Shown here: piece after piece, positions 10,336 to 19,953 of the stretch
How the letters are laid out: every line of letters begins with the position of its first letter
How positions within the stretch are numbered: the first letter of the stretch is position 1
Sequence record: NC_048170.1
DNA: 64,000 nucleotides
From: Escherichia phage vB_EcoM_Goslar
Direction: 5' to 3' (one strand)
The notes under the pieces: generated by a model
The model's database searches: none
Seen by the model: only the letters and a program-made list of their open reading frames with translations
What the model was told of the DNA's origin: nothing
Position numbers and translations under genes: made by a program

Positions 10336-11292
10336 TTAATGCAAGACACGATCTGCTGGAATTATCGAGGCATTGCTGTCGGACAGATTCGTCGCTTTAC
10401 GATCAGGACTGAATCGACGAGCGTTCTCTTCATGGTAGTTGACGGGGTTATCCTGTTTTAACAGTTCCATTGCCTCATCAAACGTTAGTTCCCGAAATCC
10501 TCTTGGATAGAGGAACAGGGGTTCATCAACATCCAACCCTTTAACAAACCCGTGCGACAACCAGACGCTACCATCAGCACTGTAAAGAACCGGCTCAACG
10601 TCATAATCCAAGACGTATTGATACCAATAATTAAACAGTTGGGCAATCCACCGATTACGTAATAAGTAATCGATCATAACCGCACTACGCACGCTGTGGC
10701 ACCAGCCGATCTTGCCATCAACTTTCTGCAACAACGTACCCTCATTTGCTTGATGAATAACCGCATTAAATAACCACGCGAGATCGGTTGCGAAAAGTGC
10801 GGCTTCTTGAATATCGCTAATGTAACGCACGGGTATCGTCAAATGTGTACGGTAATGCGACATCGCCTCTTCGTAGTTGTCTCCTTCGATGCAGAGAGTC
10901 CCGTTTGGTGACAGATGCCCCTGATTCAACGACTGACCAATATAAAGATCAGCGATCGCGTTAATATATTCGACGGTGCCCAAGGTTAACTCAGACATAA
11001 AACAATCGACATCAACAGCCATCGATGTACTGGAAACAAACGGATTGGTTGGGTGAGTTGTATTAGAGAAAATAATCGACCAAACCGCTTCATGTTTTTC
11101 ATCCGACGGCAAAAACGAAATATGGCGTTCTGCGCTATTATCGACAACAAATACCTTTACGGTTTTCAAACAGCTAGTACAAACATAGCACGTGTTCGGC
11201 AACGGCATATCCGAAAACATATCGTAACGAATCGATGCCAGCGAAATGTCATATCCGCAATGAGGGCATGTCGTATCAATAAGCGTTTTCAT
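10336..11292 (-). CDS. hypothetical zinc-ribbon protein
   Basis: CPHCGY...CYVCTSC cysteine pairs. Confidence 0.45.
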   Translation of the reverse strand: MKTLIDTTCPHCGYDISLASIRYDMFSDMPLPNTCYVCTSCLKTVKVFVVDNSAERHISFLPSDEKHEAVWSIIFSNTTHPTNPFVSSTSMAVDVDCFMSELTLGTVEYINAIADLYIGQSLNQGHLSPNGTLCIEGDNYEEAMSHYRTHLTIPVRYISDIQEAALFATDLAWLFNAVIHQANEGTLLQKVDGKIGWCHSVRSAVMIDYLLRNRWIAQLFNYWYQYVLDYDVEPVLYSADGSVWLSHGFVKGLDVDEPLFLYPRGFRELTFDEAMELLKQDNPVNYHEENARRFSPDRKATNLSDSNASIIPADRVLH

Positions 11293-11555
11293 TATTGAAT
11301 TCCTTTTGATAAGAATAACTGAATATCGGTAAACTGTTCTTCAGGAACATCGTCAGCGGCCGTTAGAACCTTAGGACCGTGTTCATTGAGGTAAGCTTCC
11401 CGTAGACAATGGTGACGTCGATTGGCCTCCTGGAACTCAGTGTCCGTCATGTAAACCAGCGTAAACTTCGAACGTTTATTCGGATTATATCTCTTATTAC
11501 GTTTCTTTGGTTTCTTCGCCATAATAGCCTCGTGAAGGTGGATGGATACACCCAT
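11292..11555 (-). CDS. hypothetical basic protein
   Basis: KKPKKRNKRYNPNKR tract; true start possibly the internal MAKK. Confidence 0.35.
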   Translation of the reverse strand: MGVSIHLHEAIMAKKPKKRNKRYNPNKRSKFTLVYMTDTEFQEANRRHHCLREAYLNEHGPKVLTAADDVPEEQFTDIQLFLSKGIQ

Positions 11556-11570
11556 CCACCTTCCTCCATG

Positions 11571-12092
11571 TTAAAGTGCGTTCAATTCTTCAGGTGTACG
11601 TACAGTACGCGTGTTGGGATCAACCATTGCTGGCACGCCCGCTGGGCATTTACGGACATCGATTCGCATCTCTGGTTCGATCGGACGAACGCGATAAGTT
11701 TTACCGTCGTCGGTTAACACCGAAATGGTCAACGCCTGATTCAATTCACTAACGAAGTTCACCAAACGCTGTTGTCCACCCTTCGACCAGAAGTTAAGAT
11801 CGGTTTCTCCATTGAAATAACTGATTCCATCAGCGGTTCCAATCGTGATTTTAACGATACCCGGATAGTCACGAAGAAGAGGTGCCTGATAACCTTCATC
11901 TTCCGTATCCAGTTTTACCCACGCGCCTCCCGTAGACAAACAGTTAACTTCCAGGGCGGTTGGTGCGCTGACTTCCGCCGATGACCAGGTATACATCGTG
12001 CCCAGTTTAGCGTGTCCGGTTTCCAGTTCGCTATAATCCCAAGCATGTGCTGATGCCGTAATAAATAAAGCCGCAAGAAACAACTTTTTCAT
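11571..12092 (-). CDS. hypothetical secreted protein
   Basis: N-terminal MKKLFLAALFITASAHA resembles a Sec signal peptide with AHA-W cleavage site. Confidence 0.5.
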   Translation of the reverse strand: MKKLFLAALFITASAHAWDYSELETGHAKLGTMYTWSSAEVSAPTALEVNCLSTGGAWVKLDTEDEGYQAPLLRDYPGIVKITIGTADGISYFNGETDLNFWSKGGQQRLVNFVSELNQALTISVLTDDGKTYRVRPIEPEMRIDVRKCPAGVPAMVDPNTRTVRTPEELNAL

Positions 12093-12147
12093 TCTTTTCG
12101 ATTCCTATTAAAAGTGACCGATTTCTGTGGTCGAGATTGCTAATAAA

Positions 12148-12609
12148 TTAATTCCGGTTTTGTTTCCGTATTGCACGGTTACGTTTACGTTCTTGGTCTT
12201 TGATGGCACCAAGAAACTTCTTTAATTCTGACGGTTCGAGCGTACCCTCACGTACCACACCGTTTTGTTCGATATGGTACGACCAATAACCAACTTCAGC
12301 CGTTAAGGATAACGTTGTCGGCTGCTCATCGGGTAACGATCTGGGTGAGAAAATAAAGAGTAATTCAAAAGGCGTTTCTCGGCTGATGGTGGGACGGATA
12401 CTAACGTCAAGCCCCTCCCATCGCTGAGGTTTAAATATTCCTCCAGCCGCGACGATTGTCTCCGAGCGTTGTTCTACAAGCTCGGCTAATTCACGATCGT
12501 CATTGAAATAAATATCGTGAAGGATATCCGTATCGATAAAAAACCCGCGATCCGAATCGTGACGAACAATGGAATTCTTCATTCTAACGCCTTTGTTGTT
12601 TGTTTTCAT
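12148..12609 (-). CDS. hypothetical protein
   Basis: 153-aa ORF. Confidence 0.45.
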   Translation of the reverse strand: MKTNNKGVRMKNSIVRHDSDRGFFIDTDILHDIYFNDDRELAELVEQRSETIVAAGGIFKPQRWEGLDVSIRPTISRETPFELLFIFSPRSLPDEQPTTLSLTAEVGYWSYHIEQNGVVREGTLEPSELKKFLGAIKDQERKRNRAIRKQNRN

Positions 12610-12656
12610 GTCCTATACGAACATGAAAAACCGTTAATTTTTACCATAGTCGTGTG

Positions 12657-12932
12657 TTAAAAATCCACACCGCGACCCGTCATCGACGAAGGAACCGCGC
12701 GATAATAGAAGTAGATGTAATGGTCACGATGGCTAAAATAGTTTTTGCAAGCATAGAACTCTCCAGATCCAATGAATGATTTAATACGTGTAACTTGAGG
12801 GTGTCGTGCGATTAACGCCCGTATAACGATTTCCATTTGGTGTGCGCTCAAGCCTGGTCGAGCGGCAACATGATAATGAAGCTCCCTAAGAAATTGTTTC
12901 CATGGGTCGGGGTGTGTCGATGATCGAGACAT
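12657..12932 (-). CDS. hypothetical protein
   Basis: 91-aa ORF. Confidence 0.4.
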   Translation of the reverse strand: MSRSSTHPDPWKQFLRELHYHVAARPGLSAHQMEIVIRALIARHPQVTRIKSFIGSGEFYACKNYFSHRDHYIYFYYRAVPSSMTGRGVDF

Positions 12933-12970
12933 CTTTATCTCCTTAACAGGTGCTGGTAACGCAGCATAAA

Positions 12971-12988
12971 CCCTCCCCGAAGGGAGGG
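12971..12988 (-). terminator. GC hairpin CCCTCCCC-GAA-GGGAGGG followed on the minus-sense RNA by UUUAUG
   Basis: Inverted repeat read directly; lies between two co-directional minus genes. Confidence 0.4.
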
Positions 12989-12998
12989 CGGTTGGCGA

Positions 12999-13556
12999 TT
13001 ACTCCATCCATACTTCTTCGTCGTAATGATTCTCTATCGCATTACGCCAAAAACGCACGGTGTCCAAACTAATCGGTGCGTAAAAATGTTGGTCAACGCC
13101 AACGTTAAGTCCGTTGGCCTTCGCTAACATACAGCGATGAATATGCCCGAATAGATTAAAGTAACCTGGGTTTCTTTCGCTGGGCTTATGGCATAGCCAG
13201 TAGGATTCGTCATTGCTAATCGGCAACACCAACGGGTGTTCATAAACAGCAGCAAACCCCATACCGAGCAGTTTATCACGCCACGCTTCGAAGCTTAATC
13301 CTGTCGCTTTGTATGCGTCTTCGTCCCAATTCCCCATTACCAATTGAACCTGGATATCAGAACGAATGGCTTCCACGAACTCAAACTTACCCCAATCACC
13401 TAAATGCCATAACACACTGTTCTTTGGAAGCTTGTTGATGGCTTTCAGCATATGCTGGTTCATATCGGCGACGCTTGCGAACGGACGGCGTGAATACGTC
13501 CATGTACGCTCGCTATCAAAATGGGTATCCGACATAAAGAAGATGGGTGGGGTCAT
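12999..13556 (-). CDS. calcineurin-like metallophosphoesterase
   Basis: FFMSDTHFD, HLGDWGK, MGNWDE, FGHIHR match metallophosphoesterase motifs I-V. Confidence 0.6.
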   Translation of the reverse strand: MTPPIFFMSDTHFDSERTWTYSRRPFASVADMNQHMLKAINKLPKNSVLWHLGDWGKFEFVEAIRSDIQVQLVMGNWDEDAYKATGLSFEAWRDKLLGMGFAAVYEHPLVLPISNDESYWLCHKPSERNPGYFNLFGHIHRCMLAKANGLNVGVDQHFYAPISLDTVRFWRNAIENHYDEEVWME

Positions 13557-14035
13557 TGATCTAATTGCTCCAGAAATGCACGACCCGATTTACTTGCTTT
13601 TAAATGCTGTTCTGCGGAAGTAAGCAGAAGATCGGTTGGCGTGTATGCAGCGCTACCTTTCCACTCTGTTTTCAGTTTACCCTCTTCGATACTGAACTGA
13701 ATCAGTTGTTGGGTGCCGAAGTTAAGCGTGTTCGTCGCAGCGCTAAATACACCACCCATCATGCTGTAACCAAAGACTTTCACGTCTTCCGTGTAGAAGT
13801 CATTGTCGATCAATTTGTTCTGGAGTTCGAGTTGGTCGGACGGCAGCAATCCCCCATCAAAGACGCTTAAAATACCCGCCAGGCGATACATACTCACCTT
13901 TCCTGAAACGCCCACCACGTAATTGCCGTACAGTGTCTCTTCCAGTTTAGCAACAACGGTGCGATCGTCGGAGGTTTTCATCGAAACCTCAATACCATCA
14001 CCAACTTCTGTTAACGTTAAATCAACGATACTCAT
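13553..14035 (-). CDS. hypothetical protein
   Basis: 160-aa ORF, 4-nt overlap with upstream gene. Confidence 0.45.
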   Translation of the reverse strand: MSIVDLTLTEVGDGIEVSMKTSDDRTVVAKLEETLYGNYVVGVSGKVSMYRLAGILSVFDGGLLPSDQLELQNKLIDNDFYTEDVKVFGYSMMGGVFSAATNTLNFGTQQLIQFSIEEGKLKTEWKGSAAYTPTDLLLTSAEQHLKASKSGRAFLEQLDQ

Positions 14036-14057
14036 TCATTATTCTCCGCTTTCATGA

Positions 14058-14744
14058 TTAACACATGATTTCACCATGTTTCTTTTCAACATACGTATAA
14101 ACGTCATCCAAATAAGCAATGAGTTTATCACGATCCGCACAGAGCGATTTAATCACCGCAATCTCTTTCATATAAAGCTGCTGACCTAACGCCGGATATG
14201 TAATCCACGCGTAGCCGTCAGGCGCAAATTTAGAAATAAGATAATCAGCGGTTTCCTGTAATGCGAACTCTTTACTCATCTGGCCGTAACGATGTTCGAT
14301 TGCGCGGATACCAAAACGTTCGCTATCGAGACGGCCCATATCTGCCAGACGAAGCACCTGAGAAGCAACCGAACTACGTGGACCAGAGTACGAGGCACGA
14401 TGTTCAGCAATAAGTACGCGTATCTCCTCGATGTCCTCCGGTGTGAAAATATGCTGCTCGTTACGAAGCAGGATAACCGACGCACGAATACCCCCGATAA
14501 GGTGGTGGTATGTTCTGTTTTCGTGGCAAGCGATATCATGCATAAAAGCAGCGGTTAATAGACGACGACGTTCCGTGGGTCTGATGATCCCAACCACATC
14601 AGCAAGTTCATTTGCCAGTTCAACAACAGCAAGCACATGTTCTTCTTGATGTGCAAGATCGTTCTTCCGAATATTTTCAATTACTTCGGTGCGTGTTTCC
14701 GGAGATAAGAAATTTAAACAATCCAACGAATATAAAGATTTCAT
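14058..14744 (-). CDS. putative HD-domain phosphohydrolase
   Basis: EEHVLAVVELA ... AAFMHDIA ... LRLADMGRLD gives an H...HD...D pattern. Confidence 0.45.
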   Translation of the reverse strand: MKSLYSLDCLNFLSPETRTEVIENIRKNDLAHQEEHVLAVVELANELADVVGIIRPTERRRLLTAAFMHDIACHENRTYHHLIGGIRASVILLRNEQHIFTPEDIEEIRVLIAEHRASYSGPRSSVASQVLRLADMGRLDSERFGIRAIEHRYGQMSKEFALQETADYLISKFAPDGYAWITYPALGQQLYMKEIAVIKSLCADRDKLIAYLDDVYTYVEKKHGEIMC

Positions 14745-14785
14745 CGCACGTACCTCTTTGAATCTATTAATAAATTTTCTTTACT

Positions 14786-14809
14786 CACGTAAGTAATATA
14801 GCCGTGAAA
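14786..14809 (-). promoter_or_regulatory. conserved promoter-like motif, copy 1
   Basis: Plus-strand cacgtaagtaatatagccgtgaaa, identical 24-mer at 38055-38078; minus-sense contains TATATTAC; 42 nt upstream of the minus gene start at 14744. Confidence 0.45.
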
Positions 14810-14888
14810 GGATTTGTGTTGGTCCGTCTCGATGCCCATCGTATTTTATGGATTGTCGAATGACGTCATTTTAAGGGACATCCCCGGC

Positions 14889-14922
14889 CTCCTCCCCAGG
14901 AAAGGTGTGGGGAGGAGTTTTT
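14889..14922 (+). terminator. intrinsic-terminator-like hairpin with U tract, plus orientation
   Basis: 10-bp stem ctcctcccca/tggggaggag, 9-nt loop, then TTTTTAT; sits 30 nt upstream of the helicase ATG with no plus-strand gene upstream. Confidence 0.4.
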
Positions 14923-14952
14923 ATCATACATTCTATTAAATCGAGCGCGATT

Positions 14953-17034
14953 ATGTTGGATAGAATCAATCGTTTAATGAACCGAATAACGGTTAAAAAT
15001 CAGAGTAACAATAGCGTGCATATCGGGGGTATCGATGCCTGGCGTCTTTCAGATGACATTCAGCGAATATGGGGTACCTCCCGATTTATGAAACATATGT
15101 TTCGTAATTTCTCTTCTAGTGGACTCAGTCTCCACAACTTTTACCTTCTCGATTTCGTTTATATTCTCGAAACGATCGTCGAAGCAAAGAATACCCGCAG
15201 TAATAAACGCATGCTGAAACACCTTATTGAGGTACTGCTGCAGGAAACCTGGTTGCAAAATACCACAATCGAGCAACCTGCAATCCTCGATAAAGCACGC
15301 ATGAACAAAATGCTAACGCTCTCCCTGTTCGATTATCAAGATGAGTTTATCGACATCTATAACCGTAACGTACCTAAATATCGACTGAAAGGATACGTGT
15401 GTGCGATGGGTGCGGGTGCTGGTAAAACAATCACCGCATTGGCTTTAAGCGCCGCAATGAACGTCGACGTATTTGTGGTCTGCTGTCCTAAGAACACCAT
15501 GCGTTCAGCATGGCAATCCGATGTAAACAAAGCCATCGTTGACCTCGCGACAGAAACCGCATTCTGGTCAGATACAATGCCACCATCACAGCTGCAGAAA
15601 AGCGATAAGTATTATTTTCTGCATTACGAGTCGATGGGTTTATTAAACGATGTAATGATCAAGCATAAACGCACCGCGAAGCGCGTGTTGATCGTGGTTG
15701 ATGAAAGCCATAACTTCAACGACAAGAACAGCCAACGTTCCCAACGACTGGTTGATCTCGTACAGACGATGCGTCAGACCATGAATGCGGATGTGCATGT
15801 CTTGTTTATGTCGGGTACGCCCGTTAAACAGATGGGTTCTGAGATGATCCCCTGTTTAGGTTGTATCGATCCGATGTTCCAAGGACAAGTGGTCGATAGC
15901 TTCAAAGCAATTTACGGTTTAACCAGCAGTCGCGCTAACGATATCCTCAGACATCGTCTTGGGTTCATGATGCATGTCGTACCTAAAGAGGCTTACCGTA
16001 AAACCCGTCCGGAAGTTCAGGATGTTTACGTGAAGCTTCCTAATGGTAGCGATTATACCATCTCGAGTATCCGCGACGACATGGCGATATTTGTACGCGA
16101 TCGGGCGAAGTATTACAAGGATAACTGGGGGCATTACAGAAAGATTTTTGATGACGCCTTGGACTACTATCGCAAGACTATTCGTACCGATGGTGAACGT
16201 AAAGAGCTATCTCGATACGAATCGATTGTTGCTCGTTTCCAGAAAGGTTACGACCCCGTCAGAGACAAAGAAGATGCGATGTTCTGCAACGTGTTTGAAA
16301 AACGAGCGATCATGCCGGTTCTTCCTTCTGATTTAAGGGTTGCTTTCAAAGACGCCAAGAGCGTCATCAAGTACGTTGGGTTGAAAATTCAGGGTGAAGC
16401 GTTGGCGCGTGTTCTAGGTGCAGCCCGCATTCGGTGTCATGTCGACATGGTGGAGTACATCGACTTCGAAGGGTACATCAACAACGCTGAAGCCAAGGTG
16501 TTGATCTTCACGTCGTACGTTCAGGTGGTTGAGCGCGTCGACAACATGCTTCGTGATGCGGGTTTCTTACCTGAACCCATTTACGGGAAGACCAACAAAA
16601 ACATCAACCAGATACTTGCTCGTCTACGCGATGATCCTGACAGCGGTCCCGCTATCGCAACATTTGATAGCTTAGCTGAAGGGGTTCCGATGCTGATGTG
16701 TAACGTCGGCCTTTTCCTGAACAATCCATGGCGCTCATCCGATGAAATCCAAGCCATCAGCCGTCTCGACCGTGTCGGGCAAACGCAGCCTGTTCGGATT
16801 TATCGTTTCATGTTGGATACAGGAAGCGAGGGTAACGTTTCTACACGTAGCCACGAAATCATGGAGTTAAGTCGACAGCTTGTTGAAGAAATCACGGGTG
16901 TCAAATATGTAGTGAACAAGCAAGACGATGTTAACTTGCAAGAAACGTTGGCGATGGAAGGATACGATCAATACGTTACCGTAAACACCACGGAATACGA
17001 TATTAAACCGCGACCTGCATTCTTGGAATGGTGA
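14953..17034 (+). CDS. SNF2-family (SF2) ATP-dependent helicase
   Basis: Walker A GAGAGKT, DExH box LIVVDESHNF, motif III MSGTP, motif VI QAISRLDRVGQ. Start set at ATG 14953 (ORF track begins at GTG 14905 inside the hairpin). Confidence 0.7.
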   Translation: MLDRINRLMNRITVKNQSNNSVHIGGIDAWRLSDDIQRIWGTSRFMKHMFRNFSSSGLSLHNFYLLDFVYILETIVEAKNTRSNKRMLKHLIEVLLQETWLQNTTIEQPAILDKARMNKMLTLSLFDYQDEFIDIYNRNVPKYRLKGYVCAMGAGAGKTITALALSAAMNVDVFVVCCPKNTMRSAWQSDVNKAIVDLATETAFWSDTMPPSQLQKSDKYYFLHYESMGLLNDVMIKHKRTAKRVLIVVDESHNFNDKNSQRSQRLVDLVQTMRQTMNADVHVLFMSGTPVKQMGSEMIPCLGCIDPMFQGQVVDSFKAIYGLTSSRANDILRHRLGFMMHVVPKEAYRKTRPEVQDVYVKLPNGSDYTISSIRDDMAIFVRDRAKYYKDNWGHYRKIFDDALDYYRKTIRTDGERKELSRYESIVARFQKGYDPVRDKEDAMFCNVFEKRAIMPVLPSDLRVAFKDAKSVIKYVGLKIQGEALARVLGAARIRCHVDMVEYIDFEGYINNAEAKVLIFTSYVQVVERVDNMLRDAGFLPEPIYGKTNKNINQILARLRDDPDSGPAIATFDSLAEGVPMLMCNVGLFLNNPWRSSDEIQAISRLDRVGQTQPVRIYRFMLDTGSEGNVSTRSHEIMELSRQLVEEITGVKYVVNKQDDVNLQETLAMEGYDQYVTVNTTEYDIKPRPAFLEW

Positions 17035-17038
17035 TTAA

Positions 17039-17068
17039 GAAGCTCTGCCTGACATCAGGCAGAGCTTC
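17039..17068 (+). terminator. intrinsic terminator of the helicase gene
   Basis: Long inverted repeat gaagctctgcctga/tcaggcagagcttc just after the stop, followed by a T-rich stretch. Confidence 0.55.
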
Positions 17069-17133
17069 ATGCTGTATTTGTTGCAAGATCGTATGACGTA
17101 TATGCGTCGTACTTATTTAATAGGACAGAATAA

Positions 17134-18585
17134 ATGAAACTCAAACAAAGCTGGAAAGACGAACTCCTTGCGCTAGTAAACAGCAAAAACAGCTTACAAC
17201 TGACGTTAGACGATGTAAAATTTGAACTGACGGCACCGGTAAGCGAAGTGCCTGGAACGGTTGTTGTTACGATCAAACCGAACGACGATAGCCGTTACTT
17301 TAACGAGCAATCTCTGACCTACGTTCGTCGAGACATCGCTAAAAACTTCACCGGGATCCCGTTACGGGTTATCGTTAAAAATGATACCGCCGTAAGGGAT
17401 ATCATCAATACGATCGCTGAACGTTACGGATTAGTATTTGACACAACCGTCGACTTCCTCGAATCCGAGCTGAATAAACAAATTACGTTCGCAGACACCG
17501 GTATTAAAGACATTACGGTTCCGGTTGCAAACACGTCTTATGTTTGGGCGGGTAATCTTCAGTTCAATATCGCTAACGATACGTTGAGCTTGATTACGAT
17601 CATCAAGCAAACCAATCTTACGAATCTGGTTTATCTGGATGGTGTTGAAGCTGACACATCGGGTTCGTTACTATTAGCAACAACCTCGGTTATCGGCGAA
17701 AACGGAAATGCCGAAACAACTGAAGGTGTCCTTGACGCCGCGTACTTCCAGAATATCCTGAACGTCATGGTTCGTTATGGTGATATTAACAGCGAACAAA
17801 TGCAACAAGCAATGCAGACAATTAACCAAAGCGAAGACGCTCGTAGAGTAGAAGTGCGGTCATACGGTGACGCCGAGTTACTGGTAACCACCAAGAAAGA
17901 TTGGGTTATCGGTAGCCTTAAGGGTGCTATGGTTGTTGGTCACGCTTCACCTAAACCGATCCAATACGTTCTTAAAACAAAAGGCGGCACCATTATATTG
18001 TCATTAGATGGTTGGACAAATGTCAATATCGATTGGGGTGATGGGAATAAGACGACGCAGGACTCAGGCGATAATGAATATCAGCACAATTATGCTGACA
18101 CTACAGAACGTACAATCGTCGCTACGGGTACCCCTACCAACACTGAAGATACAGACGTACAGCAAAGCTTCACCGGTGGTAACATCACTGAAATCGTTGA
18201 CTGGAACAACGGATTACCTAAGGCCCCATCATTCCTTGCGGCGAACAGTTTAATTAAGGTTCCCGATTATATCCCGGCATATTGGACGTCGTTAGAAAGT
18301 ATGTTTACGCGATGCAGCGCTATTAACGACGTGAGCATCACCAAATGGAACACCCGCAACGTTACTTCAATGAAGGACCTCTTCTACGGTTGCGCTACGT
18401 TCAACCAACCGATCGGTTCGTGGGATGTTTCGTCTGTTAAGAATGCAGACAATATGTTGTCTGGGTGCTTCGCGTTCAATCAGGATCTGAGTGGTTGGAC
18501 ATTCCCGGCAGGCACTTCACACATCAACTACGACGGCATGACCGCCGCATGGCAGCCTGATCACAAACCACGCTTCACCGAGTAA
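17134..18585 (+). CDS. hypothetical protein with C-terminal DUF285-like (BspA-type) repeats
   Basis: Repeats of the form F..C..FNQ.I..WDVS.V.N....LSGCFAFNQDLSGW near the C-terminus. Confidence 0.5.
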   Translation: MKLKQSWKDELLALVNSKNSLQLTLDDVKFELTAPVSEVPGTVVVTIKPNDDSRYFNEQSLTYVRRDIAKNFTGIPLRVIVKNDTAVRDIINTIAERYGLVFDTTVDFLESELNKQITFADTGIKDITVPVANTSYVWAGNLQFNIANDTLSLITIIKQTNLTNLVYLDGVEADTSGSLLLATTSVIGENGNAETTEGVLDAAYFQNILNVMVRYGDINSEQMQQAMQTINQSEDARRVEVRSYGDAELLVTTKKDWVIGSLKGAMVVGHASPKPIQYVLKTKGGTIILSLDGWTNVNIDWGDGNKTTQDSGDNEYQHNYADTTERTIVATGTPTNTEDTDVQQSFTGGNITEIVDWNNGLPKAPSFLAANSLIKVPDYIPAYWTSLESMFTRCSAINDVSITKWNTRNVTSMKDLFYGCATFNQPIGSWDVSSVKNADNMLSGCFAFNQDLSGWTFPAGTSHINYDGMTAAWQPDHKPRFTE

Positions 18586-18607
18586 AAAAAAAAATAGTTA
18601 GCATATC

Positions 18608-18639
18608 TTCCTCCCTACCCATAACGGGCGGGGAGGAAG
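18608..18639. terminator. GC hairpin between convergent genes
   Basis: cttcctccc ... gggaggaag inverted repeat followed by TTTAT; preceded by an A11 run. Confidence 0.45.
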
Positions 18640-18656
18640 GTTTATGACGATTTAAT

Positions 18657-18995
18657 TTAGAACCAGAGTTCTTTCATGAAGTAGGCTTCCACATCGTAGA
18701 TAAGCCATTCGTCAGGGATTTCTAAAGGATCGTCTTCGGTTAAGGTCAGCATGTGTAAGGCGAACGCACGCTTAATATCGTTCAGCAGTTTCTCGTCGTC
18801 GTAACCTTCTGGTAGTTTACGGTCTACCAGCTGGGTTTGTTTATAGACATCGCGGAACGCTTCAGGGTTGTGTTTATCCATCGGGAATTGTTCAGCAGCC
18901 TGAACCATCGAAAGCGTCCAGCTTACAACATTGTAACGCTCACCGTTAATTTCACTGAACTGATCATCGATTAAACAAATTTGTTGTACGTTCAT
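18657..18995 (-). CDS. hypothetical protein
   Basis: 112-aa ORF. Confidence 0.4.
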   Translation of the reverse strand: MNVQQICLIDDQFSEINGERYNVVSWTLSMVQAAEQFPMDKHNPEAFRDVYKQTQLVDRKLPEGYDDEKLLNDIKRAFALHMLTLTEDDPLEIPDEWLIYDVEAYFMKELWF

Positions 18996-19912
18996 TCATT
19001 TTCTCCATTCTTATCTTGGTCGCAATCACACTCTTCGACGTCTTTCTTACTTAAACGTAAGACACTGAGTGCAGCACGCTTAAGTTCTTGCAACGCGCTT
19101 TTCAGCTGACCTTCTTCATCGAAATCAAAATACTTCTCGTTGTAGCTTAATGCTGGAATCATATTTACGAGAGGTTCGATGGCGGGCATCAGCATTTCAA
19201 TGACGACCTTAGGATCAACAAAGCGTTCGAACCCTTCAGGAAGTTTGCTCGCTACAACCTTATCGTTTTTGATGTAGAATTTGTTCTTGAACAAATCGTC
19301 AAGAATAGCATTCTCTTCATCCGTACGTTTTGCGTGAGGACGATCGATCATCTGCACAAACACATCGCTCAACGCTTCAGGCAACGTCGGATTTTCACGA
19401 AGATAAGTTCCGGCCGGAATTTCAATATCGATCTTCGTCCACTCAACAACCTGGTGGTCTCGCGTATAGATGACGTCAACTTCCCATGCCAGGCCATCAG
19501 CGCTTTCTACGGTGTAACGTGTTTTCGCCTGGCCTTCAGGAGCCATGCGCTCGATCGCGTCAAACATCTCGACTGGGATTTCGACTTCGCTTTCCGTTGC
19601 ATCACCTGGACCACGATACACCTTCGTGGTCATGATGTATTTCGGCTCTTCGTTATCGATCTGTATCGCACGTGCGCGCACCTGACCTTTCACACCACCA
19701 ACGGCTGTGTTATCAAACAACCATTGATGTTGCACCATATGTTCGATTTTTGATGCGACTTGACGAAGACGTTCAACACCGTCTTCAGCCAGTTTACCAA
19801 AGAAGACCAGCTCACGTTCCTGCTGTGTCTCACCACTTAACATCATTAGATTGGCGATTTGTTTCACGCCTCTTACTTGTGACATACATGCTCCGGTTAT
19901 AAGGGCCTGCAT
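18992..19912 (-). CDS. hypothetical protein
   Basis: 306-aa ORF, 4-nt overlap with downstream gene. Confidence 0.45.
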   Translation of the reverse strand: MQALITGACMSQVRGVKQIANLMMLSGETQQERELVFFGKLAEDGVERLRQVASKIEHMVQHQWLFDNTAVGGVKGQVRARAIQIDNEEPKYIMTTKVYRGPGDATESEVEIPVEMFDAIERMAPEGQAKTRYTVESADGLAWEVDVIYTRDHQVVEWTKIDIEIPAGTYLRENPTLPEALSDVFVQMIDRPHAKRTDEENAILDDLFKNKFYIKNDKVVASKLPEGFERFVDPKVVIEMLMPAIEPLVNMIPALSYNEKYFDFDEEGQLKSALQELKRAALSVLRLSKKDVEECDCDQDKNGENE

Positions 19913-19953
19913 CTAGGCCCTTCATTGATTTTTGATTCCACCAAACGCTATCG

